DNA of 64,000 nucleotides from Enoplolaimus lenunculus (GCA_030248215.1 JASANG010004046.1:186001-250000); one strand, 5' to 3'. Shown: positions 27,901 to 40,848, counted from the first letter of the stretch. Made by a program: numbers and translations. Notes: generated from the sequence alone by a model not told the origin.

Positions 27901-30900
27901 GTCAGTTCTCTGTTTTATAAAACGGTCCCAATTTCCCATTGAAGGTATTGCTAAGAATTAGCAAACAACGCCTAAACCACAAATATATACACTATGTTGG
28001 GATGAACTAATGAATCTCACCCAGTGATTGTCCCAGCTATACGTCTAGAGTAAGTTCTGAAATCCGTAGTGGATAAAGGCGGGAGGTTAGAGGGGATACA
28101 TTTCATATCGAATTAGCGACGAGTAAAACACTTTTCAGTATCATTTAGAATTACTTCCTGGATCGTATAGGCCAGATAAATTTTTATACACGAGGTTATA
28201 CCTACCCGGAATCAAATGTTGACAACGCCCCAGTCTAAAATGTGATTGCGATCTTAGATGGTGTAAAATGATTTAGTTTTGCCTGGTTCTGGTACTCGGT
28301 CAAAACCCATATCAGCTGCGGTGTCATATAGGTTTTCAAATAATCAAATTTGCACCAAACCTTAAATTTAGACTGTAAAATTTGGCGTCAAAGTTATGCG
28401 AAGGGTATTAAATTTACTCCCAGTGTTGAATTCAGCCAAGTATTGGTGCTTTAATTTCAGCTACACGGGGTTGGAGTTGTGAAAATTTCTCAGGTTTTAT
28501 AGCTCCATTGAGAATTTCGTCCTAGAGATCGTGGATAAACGTACGCCCCGTATTTATTTAAATATCATTTGTGTTGGTGTATAAGCAAGCAACAACCAAT
28601 GACTATATGCCTTTCAGGAATTATCCTTAAACTTGGCGAATAAAAGGCTGTTAAACCGATGCACAAGAGACAAATAAAATTTTATGTCACGCGGCGGCGA
28701 CTTAGCTACCGATTTGCGCGTCAATTAAAGTGCGAAAATAAACAAATTTATTCAACCGAACGAAACGGCGGGCGTAATTATATACCACGAGATGGCCATA
28801 TATTTTGGAGTTAGGTATATGTTGGAAGTAATGGCATTGGTCATACGGTCAGTTGCTCAACAGGATTTCAGAGGGGTCGGCTCCTCCAATTTTTGAAGTC
28901 AGAAAAATTTGCATATCAGAATGAAAAATGCCTTTGCATATGTGCCTCACTTAATTTCGAATCAGCTACAGCACCCTTGCTTAAACATCAAGTCTGGACA
29001 GTGATCGGGTAGTGACCACAAATGTGGACGGTGAGAAACGAACTTTCCAGAGCTATAGCCAGAAATATAGAATTCAAAGCTATAATTGTTGCCTTTCATA
29101 CCCACACGAGGTGAACTTTGAACCAAATAAGTTTACCAGACCACCATAGTCAGCCTTTGTTTTGGCCAATATTCGCGTTTCAATGAAATTTATTTCTGCG
29201 AAATGAACGGCAAATGTCCTTGCTGGTTAACCAAATCGAACATTGTAAAAATTACCCCGAATGATATATTCAATATATTCCTGCATATAGCCTCCAATCT
29301 GTCTAAAGCGTGGAAACTAATTAATACTGTATTCGTTTGAATATGAAACAAAAGTACAGAACATTATTGTAAAAGTTTATGGGACCCCTTAATTAAAATA
29401 GATTATTGCTGGCGGATCCAGAGCGGATTTTCAAGTCCTCGGCCTTCCCGCAGGTACGCGTCAAAAGTAAAATTTTGTGCTAAGGTTTAATATTAAAACT
29501 GCGTTCGTAACCTCGCTCGCGAGCTTTTATCACTATTACGTATATCACACATGCCGAAGTCAAAAAATTCTAAATCAGCCGCTGAAGATCGTAATATCCA
29601 TAGTGATTCGTACTGTATAGTGACAAACCTTTCATCATAAAAACATCAGGTGTTCGAATAATTCCGTCACCGTCCGCCCCCCTGTGAAGTTTAGACCCCA
29701 ATTTGTCTGGGGGTTAAAATTAATTATATACAAATGTGTCAAAATGTATTTGAAACAAAACATTGAAATGATAAAATTGTGAAAATTCCCGGTTAATATT
29801 ATTCGTGAAACAATTGTTAACAAAAGGCAACTGCAACACCTGCATTCAGGGTTCATATTCTCAAATGTGTACAGCACCTATCTCTAGAGTGATAGGTTTT
29901 GGTAGCTTGCAAACTGTTGCGGTTGCTGATCTAAAAATTGGTACAGAGTTACAACGGATTAAATCTGAAAGTGTGCTAAATTTCGAAGCTCACCATTGAC
30001 TGGTTCAAAAATTATCACCAACTAACTGGTGGTAGGAGCTACACACATTTGAGAATACGGGTACAGGTGTTAATTACTTGTATGGATTGCCAATCCGTTA
30101 CAAATGGGTGTTTTATTTTGCAATCAAAACAATGATTCACTTGCAACTGAAACTTTATTGATGGGTTTTCAAACACAACTTGTAGCCACAAGTTGCAACT
30201 GCAAGTTCTCATTACAAAAACTTGTATATACGTGTATATTGCAGTTGCGAGTTCTCGGGCAAATACTTGGACGTGTGAACGGAGCTTCAACTATTTTCGC
30301 TATAAAAAACTTTCTTAGAATTTTCATGGATTACTTATTTGGTTATCCAAAGAATCAGCCGCCCTAGTTTTATTTGCATTCTCTACCCTCAAGAATCCGG
30401 GTGACTGTTCCCTGTTCCCCGCCCGTTACTGTACTTGAAAACTTAAGTATAGATTAGTGGCCAACTCATATACGTAGCGTCTCTTTTCTAAAGTTTAATT
30501 TACTTTAAATCAGTAGGTGTTCTTAAATTGTTAATTTTACATTGAAATAAAATACACTTTTATTTATCAAACTCATTCAATTTCAAGAGTTTCCCCCTGG
30601 AGTACGGCAGATGTATTTAGTAAAATTAGAATTTCTTAAAATAAAACTGTTCGAAAATACATAGCTAGCGCAGCTGGTTTTAGGTCAACAACTCGCGTAA
30701 TCCCGTAGTAGTCTACGACGCTTTACTTTGAATTGTGAAACAAAAATTTACTTTTATTATTGAAATTTAAGTATTTCTTAATAGTTTGATATAAGTTTAA
30801 GTGGCCTTTTGCATCAATCACGGCCCGCTGCGGTATAATACTAGACGGATAAGCTTGTCGAAAACGTTGAACAAAGTAGTTCACCATATCTTGGCTGGCC

Positions 30901-33900
30901 GGCGGTAATGACAGTTTAAATTTTTAAATTTCAATTTAATATACTTAAAAAATTGCATCATTTATTTTAAAGATCCACATAACTCAAGAAACAACATTGC
31001 AAATTTTAATCAACCATTGTAAATGAACCACTTTTAATTGAAAAACGTGTATCGTGTGGGTCCAGCCAGAGGATGTGCCAAGGGACTCAGACCCCTCCTG
31101 GAAAACATTTTGTCCCCCCCTAGAAAATTCTCAACCGACCTATGCCTAATAAAACTGTTCAGCCATTCTCTCCCACATGCGCTACAATGCAACAAGTTTG
31201 TAGTCCACGCCGCGGTTAGAGGAAAACAAGGAGGGCTCTTTTTGGAGGAATTTTTCCAACTTCTAGAACATTTTCAACCTTGCTTGTAAGTCATCGAAAA
31301 CGCTTCTATGGCACTCTGAAAGATATTTTTGTCCCCCGCTACAACTACAAAGTGAACTGGCTGCGGGCCTGGTATTGAAATGATGAACATAGCTTGAACG
31401 TTGATGCAGGCTAGGCACTTCAAACATCAATTTGGCTGTAACAAAACCCGTCACTCTGACGTTTTGATGAACAATTTGCATCGCAAAATTACTATCATAC
31501 CATTGACACACTCAAGAGTGTTCATAATTGTTAGGATTTCACAAATAATCCGTACCAAACATGCATAAGTTTTTAAGATATTTTATGAAATGCTTACTAT
31601 GTTTTATTTATCAAATATGTTTATGCAGTTTATGGTATTTGTTAAATTTTTTACAATCACTCAGTTTTTAATGGGCTGGAACTAGCAGGGGTAAGTTTAA
31701 AAATCAATTGATTTGACGTATCAAATTTGAAAATAAACATATTAAGTTGACAAATGTCAGCATTGTAGCATCCTGTAGGTCTCACAAAATGCGGGTTTAC
31801 GCCGCACTCTCGAAAATTTTCAACCTTGCTTGCAAGGTCATAAAAAAACCCATGTATGTTCCTCCCGAAAACTTTTCAGCCTTCCGCTAGCAAGGTAAGC
31901 TGGCTACGTATTTTAGTACTGTTATTTGGGAGTTGAAAAACATGGGGACGACATACGTTCACAGTAGACAAATCTCCAATCGTTCTCGCGAGATACGCTT
32001 GGAATTCTATTGTTCAAATGAAATTACTCTTTTTGCATAACCAAACCTACATGTTCTCTTAGCAATAATTTTCGTTTCTCAATGTAGTCTTTGAATTGTA
32101 AATAATTTTCTACTACTATTCCTTTATACATTAAATGTTAACAAATGCACAGGATACATCGTTAGCCATGTGTAAATTACTATTTCTAAGAAATTTACGC
32201 ATGACCGGACCTATTATTATAAGGTTTCAGGGCGGACACGTTGAAAGAGGGGAGTTACTGAGAGTCAACCAACCCCCTACTAAATTAGCTCTTTCCATGA
32301 GCGCTGCAAGAGAGCGGCCACCCTTCGAAATTTCAAAACCAAAACTTTGTATTAAGTTTTAATGCTAAAATTGCGTTTGCGTTCGTTCTTGTTCGCGGAG
32401 TTGGAAGCCCGTTGTTGGTTGCGTTGCCGCGCTCCTGCCACCCTACTGGAAAAGAAGTAGCCCTGCTCCTGGCTCACGTGAAATCCTCACCTGCTCCTAC
32501 GGAAAATTTTTTTAGATCTCCGACTGGAAAGTTGAACGGACTACAGAGCTGTTTCAGGGTACTGCATATGGTGGTAGAATAGCAAAACCCCCTTTAGGCG
32601 CAGGACAGGTCTTGCAACAATATGCCAGCAGAAGGACTTTTAAAAATTTACGTCTTGAATTGCGTCAAGATTTCTGAACGGAATAGCCTACTGTCGGCCC
32701 ATAACCAGCAGACAGAGCTAAGAAAGATCAGTTTTTGCGAGAAGTATGTAAGGATATACAATTATTTACAACAGACGTTGAAACTTGTCTAGGAGATTTA
32801 TTGGGGCTAACACCCCCTGTCATCTTATGGCTACGGGCCCGGACAGAGGAAAACAAAGTTGGTTGAAAATTAAAGGGGACGTTGTTGGTGGTCTGAAGGG
32901 AATATGCCACGGTCCCTCTCCTACGTTGTTCGACCTGGTTGTGTTTAAATTCGAATTTTTGCCGATACACATCAGTGGTATACTTAATTACATTGTGTGC
33001 TTTGCAAATGTATAAATACAATGTTGAATACATTTACTGACAGATGCAAATAAAAACATTGCTTCAATTAAAAATAATCACAGGATCTGAAGGTTTAGGC
33101 TGAAAAGGATTTAAACATCATGTCTAAGGTAATGGTATTTATACAAAAATATTTTATACACGCGGCAAAATGCAACCATAGATTGGGTACGTAGTTAAAA
33201 AAGAGGGTTCGGTCCCCACTGGAAGAATTTTGGCTGCTCCTAGAAGATTTTCAACCTTCCTTGTAAGTTCATCGAATACCTTTGAATGCCCTTACTAAAT
33301 TATTCTTAGCTCCCCAACCTAGTAAGGCGAGCTGGCTACGGGCCTGCCACAAATTTACCTTCGGCAGAACATTGAGCTACGGTAGAATTTTCCCCTAGTG
33401 TCTAGTGAATTTAGACCCTAATATTTTAGTACTTTTATAAAAGTGCTATCATAAAACTTGTTTGTTTGTAACGTTGGTGCAGTTTTAGACGTGGCAATTA
33501 CCGAAATTTCTTAAAAAGACGCTTAAAATATATAAATTCTTGAGAACACGTTACCGATAAAGTTGACAATACTTTAACCAATTATTGTTAACATCAGCAA
33601 ATTACACATTACTTTAAACATCCAAAGTTTGCTTTACCTCCGGCTCCGGCAAACTGTTTTTGATTTCTAACTAAAGTATTATAACGTATTCAAATCCAGT
33701 TGAGATTTGGAAGTGGATATGTATAAAAACGGTGCCAAGCGACTAGTCAACGTGGTTGCTAATTTGCAACACTAGAATATTCCTGATTAAAGTTTATAAG
33801 AATGCGTTCTATTTTTAAATACTGATTTTTGTTTATATACGCAACAATCATTGCAATAGCTGGATCGCTGCCTAAAATACGTATATGGGACGTTCCAGTT

Positions 33901-35143
33901 TTAAACTACAGATTTTCTGCAGTTCAAAATTGCTCACTTATGTTGGCAAACAAAAACGTTTAAATGAGGGTGCACAGTCCCAAAAAGATGACATGATTAC
34001 GCACATGAATGATATCACGACTTCCATTTTCCATTAAACCTTGGGTTCAGTTGAATTAAACCTTAAGTTGATACCGGGATGTGTCTTTATTAAAGCATAC
34101 ATATATGTAGGTGTATAATACATGGGTGTATATGTAATGTATATATTTTTAGATTTAAATTATGATCGATTAGTGTGATTTAGGTGTTTCTAAAATGCTC
34201 AGAACAATCATATCGGTGTCTTTTAAAACCAGAAATGGTTCGGCGACCTGGTTTATAGAAAATCTTGCTATTTGCTATTAAAAGCCGACATTTTTTTCAG
34301 AAATAGCAGAATAAATAAAAATAATGCATTTAGCCCATTTCGCGCATAGAGTATACTATAAGCAATTCTGCGCAAACTGTGTATAGAAAATAATATGCAA
34401 TCTACGGTGTTTCCGCGATTGCACAGTGCAAATCTTTACAAGTCATACACAACCCCTTTGGCCAAGACCGTCAAGCTCTCGTAGTGGCTTTGTATTGGGT
34501 TCATATCCTAGCTTAAAATGAAGCATCAAATGACATTGAAAATACTCAAATCAAGCAATGTCAAGAATGAAATTATACTGCAAAATGAAACAGTCATATC
34601 TACGTATTGAGTAAATGTAATTAAAACAATTCACAACTCGTCGCCCTACAACTTGTCGAAAACAGCTACCTAAGCCTATGACTAAACATAATCCTATGCT
34701 CAGCCTGATTGTAGGCGGCAAATTGTCATGATTCTGAGCTGTCAGTTACGAGCATACATACGGTCGACGACTTATCCGAGCGACGCAAAATCGTGACACT
34801 ACTGGGGCGGATCTAGAAATTTATTATTGAGGGCTATATATAATAGCAATAAAAGCGCGCAAACGAAGCTAACGATAAGCCAATACAATTTTTTTATTAA
34901 ATTTTTTTTACAAAAGTCTTGCTTTTAATCTTTGTTGGTCGGTCTATCTGCCTGGGTGCCCCTATTGGATCCCCTACGGTATCACCAATTCAAAAAAGAA
35001 ACACGACTTACCGTTGCCGAGCGTTCAAATTGAGCCAAACAATTCGCTTGACATCGGGCGCTTGTGAGTTCATCTAGTTGAGTTGAAATCGATTCAACAA
35101 TTGTCCAAATATAAAAACCGGATATAAACAGTCCCGGAAGCAT
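3499..35143 (-). CDS. ANOS1: Anosmin-1/KAL1-like extracellular protein, spliced 12-exon gene model of 865 aa (signal peptide, Cys-box, WAP, 3x FnIII, S/T/P tail)
   Basis: Manual exon chaining: 35012-35143, 24660-24734, 13648-13710, 12870-12980, 11054-11159, 8087-8821, 7293-7505, 6914-7017, 5982-6156, 5282-5571, 4828-4969, 3499-3950. All introns are GT-AG and all phases are compatible. The motifs ARCQANC, SCEF..KPGTC, KCCGEGCGTAC, PYYQNG, RYDLVWWP and DLQFGCQY match recalled anosmin-1 motifs in the same order. Confidence 0.92.
4828..4969 (-). CDS. ANOS1: Anosmin-like coding exon 11: end of the third FnIII (EQESVLLNQLSPNSRYLVQVQAMSKTG...)
   Basis: Acceptor tattttag, donor CAG|GTGAGT; FnIII L.P...Y.V.V.A tyrosine-corner motif. 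Confidence 0.92.
5282..5571 (-). CDS. ANOS1: Anosmin-like coding exon 10: start of the third FnIII (..VTAECVWSLP..QITAYRVMYG..)
   Basis: Acceptor ctgtttcag, donor CCA|GTAAGT; FnIII W..P and I.AY.V motifs. Confidence 0.88.
5982..6156 (-). CDS. ANOS1: Anosmin-like coding exon 9 (ATKFELYDLQFGCQYTVNV...FETPKC...PYCPKL)
   Basis: Acceptor ttgttttag, donor A|GTAAGT; DL.F.C.Y.V and F.TP.C motifs. Confidence 0.9.
6914..7017 (-). CDS. ANOS1: Anosmin-like coding exon 8 (PDATRYDLVWWPSFCLDTVFSEYAVSKPLTHNVE)
   Basis: Acceptor ttttttggtttag, donor GAA|GTATGC; RY.V.W.P..C motif. Confidence 0.88.
7293..7505 (-). CDS. ANOS1: Anosmin-like coding exon 7: linker and start of the second FnIII (..VQKPYYQNGLLKAIISWNY)
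   Basis: Acceptor atttcag, donor CAG|GTACGT; resembles anosmin PFYQDGQL. Confidence 0.9.
8087..8821 (-). CDS. ANOS1: Anosmin-like coding exon 6: FnIII domain (resembles vertebrate FnIII.2) with a long internal insertion
   Basis: Lies within the 250-aa ORF; motifs IHWIPP.SDLPIIHFQISW and LSRLKPNVRYLIEVQA; phase 1/1. Confidence 0.92.
11054..11159 (-). CDS. ANOS1: Anosmin-like coding exon 5: WAP four-disulfide core (ECVSTCRNDGNCSGKMKCCGEGCGTACVDTYTAPT)
   Basis: Canonical WAP Cys pattern including KCC..GCG..C; acceptor tttcag, donor CAG|GTATAA. Confidence 0.95.
11802..12240. mobile_element. Tc1/mariner (pogo/Tc2-like) MITE, copy 1
   Basis: TIR CTGTA(G/T)TGACCCGAATAAG...CTTAATCGGGTCAATACAG flanked by TA; colinear with the copy at 44407-44850. 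Confidence 0.85.
12529..12705. mobile_element. hAT-type MITE
   Basis: TIR CAATGGCGGATCCA/TGGATCCGCCACTG and a perfect 8-bp TSD AGTACGCC (12521-12528 and 12706-12713). Confidence 0.88.
12870..12980 (-). CDS. ANOS1: Anosmin-like coding exon 4: end of Cys-box and start of WAP (GATHPKSCQYSCEFIDNILRNKPGTCVHQTTLKKYTN)
   Basis: Acceptor atttcag, donor AAC|GTAATG, 111 nt; SCEF...K.G.C motif. Confidence 0.9.
13238..13601. mobile_element. hAT-type MITE
   Basis: Termini CAGGGTTC/GAACCCTG inserted in (TA)n sequence, with subterminal aattcagttcct repeats. Confidence 0.7.
13648..13710 (-). CDS. ANOS1: Anosmin-like coding exon 3 (CARPCREDFKSVSTCTNLHCQ)
   Basis: Acceptor tttgttttag, donor CAG|GTTAGT, 63 nt; CxxPC as in anosmin CLEPC. 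Confidence 0.88.
15260..16342 (+). pseudogene. Decayed intronless ORF with a collagen-like Gly-X-Y remnant and a possible C1q/TNF-like tail, antisense in anosmin intron 2
   Basis: ORFs 15260-15541 and 15551-15796 share one frame and are split by one TAG; GSPGVYRVQGCTGRP..PGSNGAQAMWGAKD; downstream in-frame SQFTP..YLYYI*VHF; AATAAA near 16364. Confidence 0.35.
16610..16872. mobile_element. piggyBac-type MITE with internal palindromes and a tRNA-like A/B-box segment
   Basis: TTAA-CCCCTTCTCACAT...ATGTGAGAAAGGG-TTAA. Confidence 0.85.
24660..24734 (-). CDS. ANOS1: Anosmin-like coding exon 2 (AKGVKKRQLKHLIIQLCRNDDNCSS)
   Basis: Acceptor tttttgtatttttag, donor TCG|GTAAGT, 75 nt, phase 0/0; Cys spacing fits the Cys-box. 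Confidence 0.85.
26884..27062 (+). repeat. Dispersed repeat with a conserved head (CGTTTTTC..GGGACTGCAATAGAGTAAGCTTAAGCTTTAGACTAATTTTTTG) and a TTAGGC-type tract; copies at ~811-1019, ~1175-1260, ~1393-1480, ~17140-17300 (reverse) and ~20993-21140
   Basis: The same head plus (TTAGGC/TTAAGC)n tract is visible in at least 6 places. Confidence 0.8.
27450..27666. mobile_element. PIF/Harbinger-like MITE family; also at 23920-24133, 29849-30062 and a partial copy at ~35893-35920
   Basis: Consensus TIR GGCCCGTATTCTCAAATGTGTGTAGCACCTA and its reverse complement at both ends; superfamily inferred from the GGCCC termini. Confidence 0.7.
35012..35143 (-). CDS. ANOS1: Anosmin-like coding exon 1: signal peptide and start of Cys-box (MLPGLFISGFYIWTIVES...SARCQANCLAQFERSAT)
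   Basis: ATG at 35143 with an in-frame upstream TGA; donor ACG|GTAAGT; ARCxxxC resembles anosmin RARCASRC. Confidence 0.85.
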
Positions 35144-35386
35144 TGTGTTCCATCAAACTATCACCGACCGGATGTTAAGACCACGGAATATTCAGTCCCC
35201 AAAGCGGACGTTGCCGTAAAGTCATTTTTTTGGCTTCAATAAAAGGTTCTGAATGCTGGACGCCGAGTTAAGATGGAGGCATTTAGTAAATTTTACCAAT
35301 AGCAAATTTCTTAGCTGGCTTCAATTCTTCTAATTTTACTAAATATATAGCGATGTTTAAGGTTGATTTTAGTGCCGCTAATTGAC
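35144..35386 (-). promoter_or_regulatory. 5'UTR part of the first coding exon, preceded by a splice acceptor and containing three upstream ATGs
   Basis: Acceptor aatttatatttcag ends at 35387; uATGs at 35282, 35225 and 35153. Confidence 0.55.
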
Positions 35387-38300
35387 CTGAAATATAAATT
35401 AACTATATGATCGTTATAAAGTTTGCGCTGTACCCAGTTATAGGGATTGGTAGAGGGCATTGGCTTTGAAAATGCAGAATTTACAAGTCGTTCTTATCCG
35501 GTTCTACCTCTGGTTTACATAAAAATCACTGATGATACATATTTATGTGAGCGAAATTGTATGATTACCGCTATAGCACTATATGTAATAAATTACTTAT
35601 GCATTTATATACTTAGGCTACCGACTTAAATTAGATAAGTAACGTTGTTAAGTAATTAAGTAAAGAATTGGGAAACTGAGCCAAAGTTTTTCACGCTTAA
35701 TTTTAATAAACAGTCCCTAAAAATATCCTAAATGCAATTCACATTTCTTTGTTCAAACTGACGAGCTCCTACAACTGCGGACCTCAAAACCTGCAAAGAA
35801 ATAGGACACAACAAATGCGAAAAATGTGCTTAATTTTGAAAATCGCAATGCAGTAGTGCAAACGTTACAAGACCTATCGCCAACTGGTGTTCGATGTTAC
35901 ACACATTTGAGAATACAGGCCATTGACACAGGTTCAATATTAAACTACTACGAAACGAGATATACAAATATACACTGAAATTTTAACGAAGACTTTTGGT
36001 TCCATCTCTGTTGCTGCCAGTGACGTTTAGGATTTAAACAATAGCAGCCGACCTACCATGCAAATTGCTAAATTTAAATATACAAAACTGACAAACGAAA
36101 ACTAAACGCATTGGGCCCCTACTTCCAAAAACATTCCCTATAAACATACCAATACAATAAATTATAAAAGGGGTATCCACCAAAAATTCTATGGTGACGA
36201 TAAAAACGGGCAATTTTGAAGGAGTAGCTTCTAATTGCTAAATACTAAAATACGAAATTTTTCCGCAATTTTTACGCTTGTTATCTAGAAACATTTGCAT
36301 AAGCTTGTACCCTCTTAAGATGAAGTCCTGACTACGGCTGAGACCATTAAAGAATTAAAACCCTTTGTTTGTCAATATAGAACACATTTTGACCAAGCCA
36401 GCAGCGAGTCATATTGTGATTTTTGACCCACAAAAGCCACCGCAAACTTAACCGGACATTTGTGTCAGGGTCGTAGCCAAGATGTTACTTCACGGACAAA
36501 TTAAAAGTTTCTTCGACTTTGGAAGCCAACAGGGTTATTTTAAATCCTGTAAAAACGTTTATTTTATTTTTTCACAAATATATTCGAGTGGTCTATCACC
36601 TGTATCCCCCTTTGTGTATGCCTTTAATATATGCTTATATAACCATGGTCTGGTTAAGTCAACGAAACCTAGAATGGCACCAGCGAAACGAGAGGGTTTA
36701 TTAATCTTTGCATTTCTGCCACAAAGCTTTATTTTTGCATCACCGGGAGTCTCTTTGTGTCCCTTAATCTCTAGCTTCAAGTGCAGCTTCTCATGAAATT
36801 TCTAGGGAAACAAGAAAAATCACTGTGAAGCAACAAGCTTTAGTATAACCTCCTGGATTCCAGAGGTCAAAAATTTGCTTAAAAACTAGGGCTATTCCGT
36901 TCACAGGGCTTGCAGACGCACCCCCCAAACACTCAATTGGGGAGAGGCACTTCGCACACTAAACATTTTTTTGCGGAACACGAAGTTATAGAGCTGTGAA
37001 ATATTTTATCGGGTTCCTTCGGGACTGTTTATGAGGAGGGTCGATATCCTAACGCCAGACCTGACCCTTCCGAACTGAAATCTTGGCTACGCTGCTGTCT
37101 AGCTCATCGTAATTAGACAAGAAAGCCATACTTTTTTTGGCAAGTTATTCAGTTGCAAGTCAAACCTAAAATTGTTTCACAACCAGTAAACATCAGGACG
37201 CCTCACTTTTCGACTGAAATTTTTTATTCAGGACGGTCTCGGACATCACCTTTCGACAAGGCTATAACTAACCGCAGATTTACACCGAGAAAGAACTTAT
37301 AAAATTACGTGGTACGTTAAAACAATGAATCTAACCCAGCTTTGAACCGAATTGAAGCATTCCATACCCGGAAAATTGCCGAAATTTTACGAACAACGGC
37401 AGTTGTGAATCCACAATTTTGTGATGGCTGAAGCTGCCACAATTTTTGTACTCAATTTTTGTACAAAATTTTTACTGTTGATTCCGGTTACGAGATCCTT
37501 TGAGTTGCGTGGTCCCTGTCTGATCCGTCAGCACGAAGCCAGTCACTTTTAATTAGGAATATTCCTGGTTTGCTCGACAAGTTCGAGGACTGGTAATCAA
37601 ATCTGAGATATCATCTATGCCAATCTACGATGGGTAATAAATTTACCACAGGGCCTTTGAAAGACGCTATTCCGGTATGAAATACGACCACAATTGAGTT
37701 TCGAAACAAAATTCGTACACCCAGCATTAATTTTATCTACTGGAAACCGCAATGAAACGAATGTTTCGGCGCCTACTCAAAAACAGTCCATCTGAAATCT
37801 ACCCGTATAAGTTCAAATGTGTATAACATATATGATCTGTTGACGGTAAACTGTCAAACCAAGCAATCAGTTTAGCATATTTTTCGCGTTAGATTTGCTC
37901 TATTTGAACGGTGATGTCAAGTTTTAGCGCTGCCGAGCTGGCATATCAGAATATTCGTTTGTTCAAAACGGCCTCGTCACAAGTGAATTTTACAGCAAAA
38001 CTCAGCCAAATTGTGCACAGTAATTTTATTAATATAAGCAGAAATTTAAGGATAACTAAACGAAGGATACATATTTTTTGATTCAATTCAACACTGCTGC
38101 ATATAACAAATCACTATTTCAGCATGAAATTCCACTATAATTTCATATACTTTCAATTAAAACTCGTATGCAAATGCTCGGTCAGCCTGAAAATTAAACG
38201 GTAGAAAGTTTCTAAAGTACAAATTTGTAGAAGCCTAATTTTAAAGGGGGAACATCCGTTCTTGTTATATTACAAAATTTTCATGTAAGAACTATTGACT

Positions 38301-40740
38301 TACGACTGTCAACAGATCAGATTTTTAATCAGGAATCGGACTAAAAATGTATTTTGTTCTTGAAAAGCGTGAAAATTGTTATGTATTTTAAATATTATAA
38401 ATTGAATATTTAACATTGTGAGACACTTCAAAATTTTCACCGCAAGGCGGAGCAAAAACGTAGCCCTAACCCCTCTTAAGGAGTGCGCTAATGACCGGTT
38501 CTGTAGTTTAATTTTTCACAGGGAGTAGATCAGGTCTTGAAAAGATGCATTTCGCAACCGTCCCCCTGTCTTTCAGTATCACAGCAATAAATCCAGCATT
38601 TTCATTGCCAAACAAATAATAGCATTGTAAACTGTTGAACTTAAATCCATGAATTTTAGTTAAATTTTCGAAAATTAACGACGAAATTCAAATAATGACT
38701 AGAATTTAATAAAATCGGATTAACTACGAACAGTTCAAGCGTTTTTGAATGGTTTAAGTATAATAGTTCCCACAGTAGCGTATCCTCGTGCACTAGCGAA
38801 TCCAGCGGGCGTCGTTTTATTTGTGTCACAATGTTTTTGTAATAAAATGGTAATGTCCCTACCGTACAATTTTTCTCCACGTCTCATGACTCCTTGAGGA
38901 ATTCTGCCCCTTCCACGCCTAGAGAATTGTCAATCTTGCTTATAAGTCATAGAAAGCCCTTGAGCTGGCTACGGACCTGTATGCATATATCCAAATACAA
39001 GTCGAAAAGCTATATTTTCATAAAGTGGAAAAATATGCAAAATATTTATATGCGTTTCCTTCCCTTACGTGTGTTGAGCCAAAAATAAATGAGGTAATTT
39101 ATAAGCAATCTAACGACCTACGTTCAAATATAATATAAAGCACATATCAATAACGCATGATTTTTCAAAAAAAATTGGCTCAGATCTGCGCATTGCCAAC
39201 TTATTCTATGTCTTACAGCATTGGGAAACCGGAAAAACTAGTAACCGTTTGCGTTTAGGAACGGTATCAAGAGTGCGTACGCCAGGGCACTATATATAAT
39301 GGCGTGAAAAAACCTTGCGAGCAAAGCCATTAACAAGCCAAATGCAACAATTTAGTAGCAATTTGTAAGGCAGGGGACGTTGTTATTTTTTCAATACAAA
39401 AAATTTATTTTTACGCATTGAACCGTATGCCAAGTTTTCGCACGGTAAAATAGTGGACCGGTGTACTCCTGGCTGTAGGAAATAGACAATATACTGTTGC
39501 GAAGTACTTGGACGGATGGGAAACAATATCAAATTTAACACTGCAGAATTTAGAAATGTATTCTTTGAACAAATGTGGTCTTATTAGTTCAAAAGTACAC
39601 GGTTCGAATCGTAGCTTGAAATAATAGTTTTCATATAGAAGAAGAAACATTCATTGGAATGCGTGATAAATTAATGCAGAAACGTTGTAGTTTACCCAGT
39701 GCCTCGCTTTCTTTGAGCTCGTTCAACTTTAAAATTGAAATATACCTGAATCAAGATCGCATGATGCATACTTCAATATGAGTATGCAACTTGGTACATT
39801 CTGTATAAGAAATAATGCACCTGGCACTTGTTGCTTTTTGGCCTACACCGTTTCTTATTTAGGTGAGTACAACTTGTGCGAATCATTGCACTGTATGTAT
39901 ACGGCATCAAAAAACGTTTCGTTTATAGTTGTATTTAGGGATATTCCATGCGATACCCAACCCACCTAAATTAGGGGGGTCGGCCAAAACCGCAACGCCC
40001 GGTGGAACATTTTGTGTTGAACGGTGATCAACCACTCTTGCAATATTTATTATGCAGCATGTAAACGCGGTCACGTATATTAAAAATTTGAGTGAAAAAT
40101 AGTTTTGGCACACCAAACTCCGACACAGAAACGAAAACGATATATATTTTAAGCCCTAGCACCCAAGGGAACTAGAGAGTTCAACTTAATAGTTGAATTT
40201 TAAACTTTGTTCTTATGCTAATTTTTAAGCTTAAATAGTAGGACAAAACCGTAAAGGTTGCGAAATACACAACTTTTTAAGCAGTTTCTGTGACGGTCAA
40301 ATTGATAAACCAAACATTTATAAAGCCAAACTAACATGAATGTCTGCTCTTAGAATTTTTGCTTGTGAAATTTCTAAAGATTTTCCAACAATATTTAGCC
40401 AGGGCCGCAACTACGGGTGACGGGAGATGCGCTTGGCATTACTTAAATCAGGTTATATACGTTCAAAAAGGTTGTTTTTCATAACTTACGGCATAATAAC
40501 AAATATTGATCAATTTCTCGTTTCAAATCTTAATTAAATCACAGTAACCTCTTTCAAATTTTAAAATCGATAAGATTCCAAGTATTGTATTTTTAATAAA
40601 ATTAACCAATCCGCAGTCAGCAGGTCGCAGAAAGAGCCAGATATTGGCAGAATGCAGCCTTTGCGAAAGCGATAACCAGAACCAGAGAGTTCTGATAACT
40701 AAATTGAAATAACGTGTGGATAAAACAAATTGATAAAATC

Positions 40741-40848
40741 AAACGCAAACATTTGCTGAAAAATTATCAACCAATAAGTTCAATTATACCCTACAAACGC
40801 AAACATTTGCTGAAAAATTATCAACCAATAAGTTCAATTATACCCTAC
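40741..40848. repeat. Perfect 54-bp tandem duplication
   Basis: AAACGCAAACATTTGCTGAAAAATTATCAACCAATAAGTTCAATTATACCCTAC x2. Confidence 0.95.
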
